Source of the DNA: Bacteroidia bacterium
Lineage (GTDB): Bacteria; Bacteroidota; Bacteroidia; SpSt-205
Direction: 5' to 3'
Length of the DNA: 64,000 bases
Assembly (NCBI GenBank): GCA_025054525.1
Contig: JANWZJ010000002.1
Location: 393 to 64,392, forward strand
The notes beneath the pieces are model-generated. The model made no database searches. It was not told the DNA's origin and saw only the letters and a program-made list of their open reading frames with translations. The position numbers and the translations under genes are program-made. Positions 58,874-64,000 of this stretch are shown here, piece by piece. Position 1 is the stretch's first letter. Each line of letters opens with the position of its first letter.

Positions 58874-59680
58874 TTAGTTTATCTTGGCAGTGAGGGGATA
58901 TTTGAGATTCTCGTAATGCTTTAGCGTAGCGGATATACTGCCCACGATAATCGGAGATGTAATCTTGACAGGAATCAGGTTCTCATCGTCCGTAACCCAC
59001 ATTAGCATTTCTTCTCGTCCTCGGAAGACCCGCTCGGCTACCACCAGCGGCGTAATCTTAATGCAACGAAAAGTCCCTAACTCAGTGCGAATGACCTCCC
59101 TACCCAGAACCTTCATGCCTAAATCATAGATTTTATCATCTAAGAAGACAAGAATGCTGACTACGGTATCTCGGGGAAACTGCCGCACATTCAATCGCCG
59201 GGCATAGTAAAAAGCGCCGAGCATATCCATTACCCAGGTGTGTATGGGAAAGACACCTTTGCGTCCTTTGATGAACCTATGTTGATAGTCAAAATAGACC
59301 GTGTCCGTAAAATGGAAGTTTCCTTCATTTACCCAGCGATAGTATAGAAGTGGCAGGAGCGTCGTGGTATCCAGGTAAGTGTCCATGTAATCTCGCACTC
59401 GGTAGAACCACTCAAAGGCAGAGGCGGTTTTTCCGCTGCCCCTGAGCACATAGACGGGGGTATGACCAATCGTATAGATTTTTGGATACACCTCAAAGAC
59501 TGCTTCCCCTGCAGTGAGCCATCCGTAATGCACCCGAAAAACGAGCTTCTCGCCGGGCTGGAAGGGCGTAGGCTTGGAGAATACACGCAGGGGAAAGAAG
59601 GGATTTTTGCGGGAAGTATCGCTTTCTTCTTGGGCGCAGAGCGAGAGCAGCGGCAAAACAAAGAGATAAGAGCGCACCAT
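58874..59680 (-). CDS. Hypothetical secreted protein (DUF3108-like).
   Basis: A signal peptide MVRSYLFVLPLLSLCAQ followed by a roughly 240-aa mostly-beta domain. Confidence 0.35.
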   Translation of the reverse strand: MVRSYLFVLPLLSLCAQEESDTSRKNPFFPLRVFSKPTPFQPGEKLVFRVHYGWLTAGEAVFEVYPKIYTIGHTPVYVLRGSGKTASAFEWFYRVRDYMDTYLDTTTLLPLLYYRWVNEGNFHFTDTVYFDYQHRFIKGRKGVFPIHTWVMDMLGAFYYARRLNVRQFPRDTVVSILVFLDDKIYDLGMKVLGREVIRTELGTFRCIKITPLVVAERVFRGREEMLMWVTDDENLIPVKITSPIIVGSISATLKHYENLKYPLTAKIN

Positions 59681-59685
59681 ACCGC

Positions 59686-60459
59686 TTAGAAGGGTAGCCC
59701 TTCTAAGGGGGAACTGGGGCGCGCATAAGATACTCGGGGGATTCGTCCAGCTCGGAAGGCTTTGCGACCAGCTTCCACGGCGAGACGCATCGCTTCTGCC
59801 ATCAGGGCAGGGTGTTGGGCTTCTGCAATAGCGGTATTGACAAGCACAGCATCATAGCCTAATTCCATCGCCAAGGCTGCATCCGCAGGACTGCCGATTC
59901 CTGCATCTACCACAAGGGGTAAGTTGGGAATCTTATGGCGAATCAGCAGGAGTCGCTCAGGGTCTTTGATACCTTGTCCGCTTCCGATGGGGGCAGCCAA
60001 GGGCATCACAGCAGCACAGCCAATATCAGCTAACCGCATGCACACAATTGGGTCATCTGGCGCATAGGCTAACACGATAAAGTCGCGCCGCAGCAGTTCT
60101 CGGGCAGCCTTGAGCAGCTCTTCGGGGTCAGGCCAGAGTGTATGCTCATCGCCTATCACTTCCAGCTTAATCCAGTTCGTCTGGAGAGCCTCTCTCGCCA
60201 GTTCTGCCATGAAGAGAGCCTCTTCAGCAGTGTAGCAGCCGGCTGTGTTGGGAAGGAGAAAGAAACGCCCTATCAGTAAGTCCAAGAAAGTCTCCTGTGG
60301 GGCGCTGAGATTGAGTCGGCGAATAGAAACCGTTACTAAGCCTGCGTGGGCTTTTTCTATGGCTTCCAGCATAATTTGAGGAGAAGGATAACGCGCCGTA
60401 CCCACCCAGAGCCGACTGCCGATTCGCTGCCCTGCTATAATCAGCTCATCGCTTACCAT
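59686..60459 (-). CDS. thiG: Thiazole synthase.
   Basis: Strong ThiG blocks: LLPNTAGCYTAEEA, KLEVIGD, IVLAY, VMPLAAPIGSGQGI, VVDAGIGSPADAALAMELGYDAVLVNTAIA, and C-terminal PLEGLP. Confidence 0.9.
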   Translation of the reverse strand: MVSDELIIAGQRIGSRLWVGTARYPSPQIMLEAIEKAHAGLVTVSIRRLNLSAPQETFLDLLIGRFFLLPNTAGCYTAEEALFMAELAREALQTNWIKLEVIGDEHTLWPDPEELLKAARELLRRDFIVLAYAPDDPIVCMRLADIGCAAVMPLAAPIGSGQGIKDPERLLLIRHKIPNLPLVVDAGIGSPADAALAMELGYDAVLVNTAIAEAQHPALMAEAMRLAVEAGRKAFRAGRIPRVSYARPSSPLEGLPF

Positions 60460-61868
60460 AAAAGCGTCTTAGGCTCAGTGTATTCCCAGTAGGCATATTT
60501 CACACCTTCTCTGCCCAGACCCGACCCTTTCACACCGCCGTAGGGCATCGCGTCTAATCGCAAGGTAGGTGGTGCATTATGGATGACGCCTCCCACTTCT
60601 AACTCGCGATATGCCTGTTTGAGCACTGCTTCCGATGTAGTGTAGATGCCCGCCTGTAGCCCATAAGGGGAAGCATTTACCCCTGCTATTGCTTCTTCCA
60701 GGGTGTCGTATGAACGGATTTCTGCGTAAGGGGCAAATGCCTCTTCTTGGGCTAAGGCGGAAGCGGTTGGCACTTCTGCCATAAGGACAGGGGAAATAAT
60801 GCGGCGCTGAGAGTCAACTTGAGGTGGGATTAGTTCCTGAGCTCCTCCCATGCGTGCTTCCATAAGCCACTGCTGCACTCGGTTGTAGCTGCGCTCATCT
60901 ATGAGACTGCTAAGATGTACTTCCTCTGAAAGGGGATCGCCTACTTTGAGAGAAACGGTAGCTTTTCGGTAAATATCAATAAATTCTGCATAAAGTCTGC
61001 GCTGAACAAAGATGCGCTGGACAGAAATACAGACTTGACCGGCGTAGAGATAGGCGGCTTCGGCGATGGCGGCAGCAGCCCGCTCCAAGTCAAGCCCATC
61101 ATGCACGATAACAGCTGCACTACCGCCTAACTCCAGCAGGACTTTTTTCCGCAGGGCTATGGATTGTAGGTGCCATCCCACCCCTGCACTCCCTGTGAAG
61201 GAAAATAGCCGATATGCATTACTGCGGACGAGTTGTTCGGCAAGAGGTGGGTCTGCCATGACCACGGAAAGGGCGATGGGCGGCCACCCAGCTTCCAGTA
61301 GGGCTTCGGCTAACGCATAGGCGGTAAGGGGCGCTTGGGGTGCAGGCTTGAGCGTAATCGCACACCCTGCTACGATAGCAGGAACTACCTTATGTAGAAC
61401 GAGATTGAGCGGGAAGTTGAAGGGTGTAATAGCTAAGAGAGCGCCGGTGGGTACTCGGCGCACGAGCACCCATCGCCCTTCAGTAGCTGGTGAAATATCC
61501 CCGGATAGGATTTCGCCTTCGCTCTGGCGCACCAGGTCGCGACCTGCGCTGAGGGTTTGCCAGCCTCGCTGGACCTCCAGTCGCGCATATCGTAGGGGCT
61601 TAGCAGCTTCCTGAGCGATGCCCCGAGCGAGTTTCTCTCCCTCCCGCTCTATCCAACCCACCAAGGCATTCAAAATCGCATATCGTTTATAGGTAGGTAG
61701 AGCAGCAGCCGCCTTTTGCCCCTCGGCTACTTTTTCTAAAACTTCTTGGATATGCGAAGGCTCAGCGTAGGCCACCTCAGCTAAAACCTCCCCACTATAC
61801 GGGGCATACAGGGGGCGAATATCTCGGCTTAGCTTTGGCTCTCCAGCGATGATTAAGGGGCGGAGCAT
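60453..61868 (-). CDS. NAD(P)-dependent aldehyde dehydrogenase family protein.
   Basis: ALDH motifs: FTGSAGVG, the catalytic Glu block LELGGSAAVIV, and the Cys block AGQVCISVQRIFV. About 471 aa. Confidence 0.8.
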   Translation of the reverse strand: MLRPLIIAGEPKLSRDIRPLYAPYSGEVLAEVAYAEPSHIQEVLEKVAEGQKAAAALPTYKRYAILNALVGWIEREGEKLARGIAQEAAKPLRYARLEVQRGWQTLSAGRDLVRQSEGEILSGDISPATEGRWVLVRRVPTGALLAITPFNFPLNLVLHKVVPAIVAGCAITLKPAPQAPLTAYALAEALLEAGWPPIALSVVMADPPLAEQLVRSNAYRLFSFTGSAGVGWHLQSIALRKKVLLELGGSAAVIVHDGLDLERAAAAIAEAAYLYAGQVCISVQRIFVQRRLYAEFIDIYRKATVSLKVGDPLSEEVHLSSLIDERSYNRVQQWLMEARMGGAQELIPPQVDSQRRIISPVLMAEVPTASALAQEEAFAPYAEIRSYDTLEEAIAGVNASPYGLQAGIYTTSEAVLKQAYRELEVGGVIHNAPPTLRLDAMPYGGVKGSGLGREGVKYAYWEYTEPKTLLW

Positions 61869-61871
61869 GGG

Positions 61872-62240
61872 TTATAGCTCATACCGGCTCCAGTCAAACA
61901 CACCCGTCCTCAAAAGATAAATATACCCCGCCGCTAAGATAGCGGTGAAAGAGAGAAATAGCCCAAGGGCCCAAGTAGAATTTTCCCGAAAGAAGGTAAT
62001 CCAAGGATACATAAGCGCCAGTTCCACATCAAAGACGGTGAAAAGCATGGCTACCTTATAGTAATGGACGGAGAATCGCTCTCGGGTCGTGCCCACGGGA
62101 TCCATGCCGCTCTCGTATGGAATGAGCTTCGTGAGTACGACGCGACGGGGGGCTAAGAGTGTAGGAGCAAAAATAAGAGCGGTTCCTATGAGGGCACCTA
62201 GTCCCAGGAAAATAATCGGTCCTAAGTAGGCTTCCAGCAC
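61872..62240 (-). CDS. nuoA: NADH-quinone oxidoreductase subunit A (ND3 homolog).
   Basis: Three TM helices and conserved NuoA blocks (PYESGMDPVG, YYKVAMLFTVFDVELALMYPW). Confidence 0.8.
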   Translation of the reverse strand: MLEAYLGPIIFLGLGALIGTALIFAPTLLAPRRVVLTKLIPYESGMDPVGTTRERFSVHYYKVAMLFTVFDVELALMYPWITFFRENSTWALGLFLSFTAILAAGYIYLLRTGVFDWSRYEL

Positions 62241-62253
62241 AGGACAAAGATAT

Positions 62254-63588
62254 CTACTTTTCTAAGGCATGTTCCCATTCAGCGAGAGCCTCTTGACAAC
62301 GAGCACTCCGAATCTCCACTGGCACATTCTTACGGGCTTTCTGAAGCCATTTCTCTATCGTTTCTTGCTTCTTGATTTCTGAGACGGCCTCGGCGAAGCG
62401 GTCATAGTCCAGCTCTAAAGAAGCACGATGGGGCGGGTAGCGCCTTTGCAGCCAGATCATACGCACACCCCGCCGTCCGTCCCGGCTGAGGAAGGGTTCA
62501 GGCTCACTGATTTGCCCGGGTTCCAGGCGGTCCACGATGAAGTAAAGCTCAGCATCTAACTTGTCCAGGGGAATGCGATAAGACCCAGAACTTTCATCCA
62601 CGACTCGTCCGCCCAATTGGCGAGTTATGAGGTCTTCGGAAAACTCTATGGCAGCCCGAGTGAAGCTAATAGAATCCCGTAGGATTTGGCCTCGTAGGAC
62701 GAGCATTCGCTGGCGGGCATCTTCTGCATCGGCTTCGGTAATGTTCGGACGAAGGAGAATATGCTTAGCCCAGGCCCGATTCCCCACCCGCTTCTCTACT
62801 AAAAGCAAATGATACCCAAAGGGCGTGCGAAAAACTGGGGAGATTTCACCAATCGGTAATGAGAAGGCCATTCGGTCAAACTCTGGCACCATTTGTCCTT
62901 TGAGGAAATCGCCGAGGTTGCCTCCCTGTCGGGCAGAGACCGGGTCCTGCGAAAATGCCCGAGCCGCCGAAGCAAACTCCATCTTACCCGCTACTATTTC
63001 CCGCCGAATAGCCTCCAGCTTCATTCGCACGGCTTCGTCTTCTTGCGGAGAAGGACGAGCCCAAAACACTATCACGCTCATCTCCACCTCCGCCGGTATA
63101 AGCGGCAGGCTATCATAGGGAATATTCTTGAAGAAATCACGCACTTCTTTGGGCGTAACCTTCACATTCGTAGTAATCTTCTGGCGCATCTCCTCGGCTA
63201 AAATCTGATTGCGAATCTCCTGGCGTAGGTCTTGTTTGAGGAGCGCAAGGGGCTTGCCATAAATCTCTATGATAGCCTCCTGAGAGCCCAGACGCGTGAT
63301 GAGCATCTGGATGCGCCGCTCCAACTCTCGCTCTACCTGTTCGTCTGTAACCTTGATACTGTCTAAGCGCGCCCGTACCAGCAGGAGCTTCTGAATGATC
63401 ATCCGTTCCAGCGTCTCACAATAGAGCCCCCCTTCGTCGGGTGTGCCTATTTGTTTGAGGTAGCTGTACTGCTGGGCGACTTCCGACTCTAGAATAATCT
63501 CATCCCCTACCACCGCCGCTATACTCTCTAAGCGAACCTGCCCTTGACTAATAGAGCACCACATCAGGCTGAGCCACAGCACGCGCAT
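62254..63588 (-). CDS. SurA/PpiD-like periplasmic peptidyl-prolyl isomerase (parvulin domain). The start is set at the signal-peptide Met MRVLWLSLMW…. The track ORF extends to 63720.
   Basis: Parvulin motif FRTPFGYHLLLVEKR and the N-terminal SurA-like chaperone region. The signal peptide begins at the internal Met. Confidence 0.6.
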   Translation of the reverse strand: MRVLWLSLMWCSISQGQVRLESIAAVVGDEIILESEVAQQYSYLKQIGTPDEGGLYCETLERMIIQKLLLVRARLDSIKVTDEQVERELERRIQMLITRLGSQEAIIEIYGKPLALLKQDLRQEIRNQILAEEMRQKITTNVKVTPKEVRDFFKNIPYDSLPLIPAEVEMSVIVFWARPSPQEDEAVRMKLEAIRREIVAGKMEFASAARAFSQDPVSARQGGNLGDFLKGQMVPEFDRMAFSLPIGEISPVFRTPFGYHLLLVEKRVGNRAWAKHILLRPNITEADAEDARQRMLVLRGQILRDSISFTRAAIEFSEDLITRQLGGRVVDESSGSYRIPLDKLDAELYFIVDRLEPGQISEPEPFLSRDGRRGVRMIWLQRRYPPHRASLELDYDRFAEAVSEIKKQETIEKWLQKARKNVPVEIRSARCQEALAEWEHALEK

Positions 63589-64000
63589 AAATCGTATCTT
63601 CAAAAGCCGACAGCCAAGCATGGACCCTCTGATGCAAAAGTACATTACGCACTTGTTCTCGCACCAGTTCAAAGGGCAGTACTTGTCCAGGGAGAATAAG
63701 TCCTGTGAGCTGGAAGACAAGGAGATGAGCCCCCCCTTTTTCTATGCGATAAGTTTGGGTATGCCCTCGGAGAGGCAGCGCCGCTAAGGATGTAGCGAAA
63801 AAAGTCTGCAAGCTATCCATAGCACTGCGAGGTACCCACTCCGAGACCACCGCTCCTTCGTACTTGCGCTGCTGGAGCCAGTTTTGCCACGCCGTATCCG
63901 AAGCAAAGAGATATTGTCTCAGTTCTCGGTGAGTCATCCAAGTATCTGGCAGCTTCACCCACCGGAAGTGATAATAAGGCTGGCTTGCCCGAAAGGCTTC
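63548..64000 (-). CDS. 3' portion of a gene that continues beyond the window end. Function unknown, possibly another chaperone/PPIase-type periplasmic protein.
   Basis: The reading frame stays open to nt 64000 (the apparent start at 63958 is an internal GTG). No motif was recognised. Confidence 0.3.
   Translation of the reverse strand, partial: EAFRASQPYYHFRWVKLPDTWMTHRELRQYLFASDTAWQNWLQQRKYEGAVVSEWVPRSAMDSLQTFFATSLAALPLRGHTQTYRIEKGGAHLLVFQLTGLILPGQVLPFELVREQVRNVLLHQRVHAWLSAFEDTIYARAVAQPDVVLY

Noticed and set aside
1-64000. CRISPR arrays, IS elements, integrases or prophage blocks.
   Set aside because: No regularly spaced direct repeats were seen anywhere, and no transposase, integrase, recombinase or phage structural proteins appear among the translated ORFs. 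The only phage-like feature is a single tail-fibre chaperone domain in a cellular-looking small protein.

Overview
This 64-kb window is a gene-dense, mostly core-genome segment, almost certainly from a Bacteroidota/Rhodothermota-like organism. I found nothing I can defend as a coherent, previously undescribed multi-gene system, and I say so rather than inflate one.

The phylum assignment rests on three type-IX-secretion (T9SS) cargo proteins with C-terminal sorting domains, a gldF-gldG-DUF4340 gliding-motility ABC cluster, a complete alternative complex III (actABCDEF) operon, and Bacteroidetes-style -7 promoter motifs. About 50 protein-coding genes are packed tightly, and many junctions are ATGA stop/start overlaps.

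I saw no rRNA, tRNA, CRISPR array, integrase or transposase, and no phage structural cluster.

Recognisable housekeeping genes:
- fumC (fumarate hydratase class II)
- purC (SAICAR synthetase)
- prfA (peptide chain release factor 1)
- thiG (thiazole synthase)
- rfbB (dTDP-glucose 4,6-dehydratase)
- a CCA-adding/poly(A) polymerase-family enzyme
- yebC, a TrmH-family methyltransferase, an RluA-family pseudouridine synthase, mlaEF, a crotonase-family enzyme and an aldehyde dehydrogenase
- a SurA-like PPIase and a lone nuoA

More interesting content:
- An ACIII operon whose ActA carries an extra N-terminal monohaem cytochrome c domain (six CxxCH motifs in total).
- A tandem-duplicated pair of receiver-only response regulators upstream of a cytoplasmic GAF histidine kinase.
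- A roughly 610-aa two-domain acyltransferase resembling the bifunctional aminolipid synthase OlsF.
- An MBOAT plus SGNH O-acylation pair next to an orphan RND adaptor.
- A 1203-aa transmembrane sensor with a beta-propeller ectodomain fused to a SpoIIE/PP2C phosphatase.
- A small protein with a Peptidase_S74 (endosialidase chaperone / tail-fibre) C-terminal domain, next to a large PD40-like beta-propeller protein.
- A 546-aa Trp-rich all-helical protein of unknown function.
- An unusually long ORF-free convergent intergenic region (about 20724..21215) with internal hairpins and a repeated CCCACCGC(G)CCCC motif, which is a candidate non-coding RNA locus.

All product calls come from motif-level reading of the translated ORFs. 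No database search was run.
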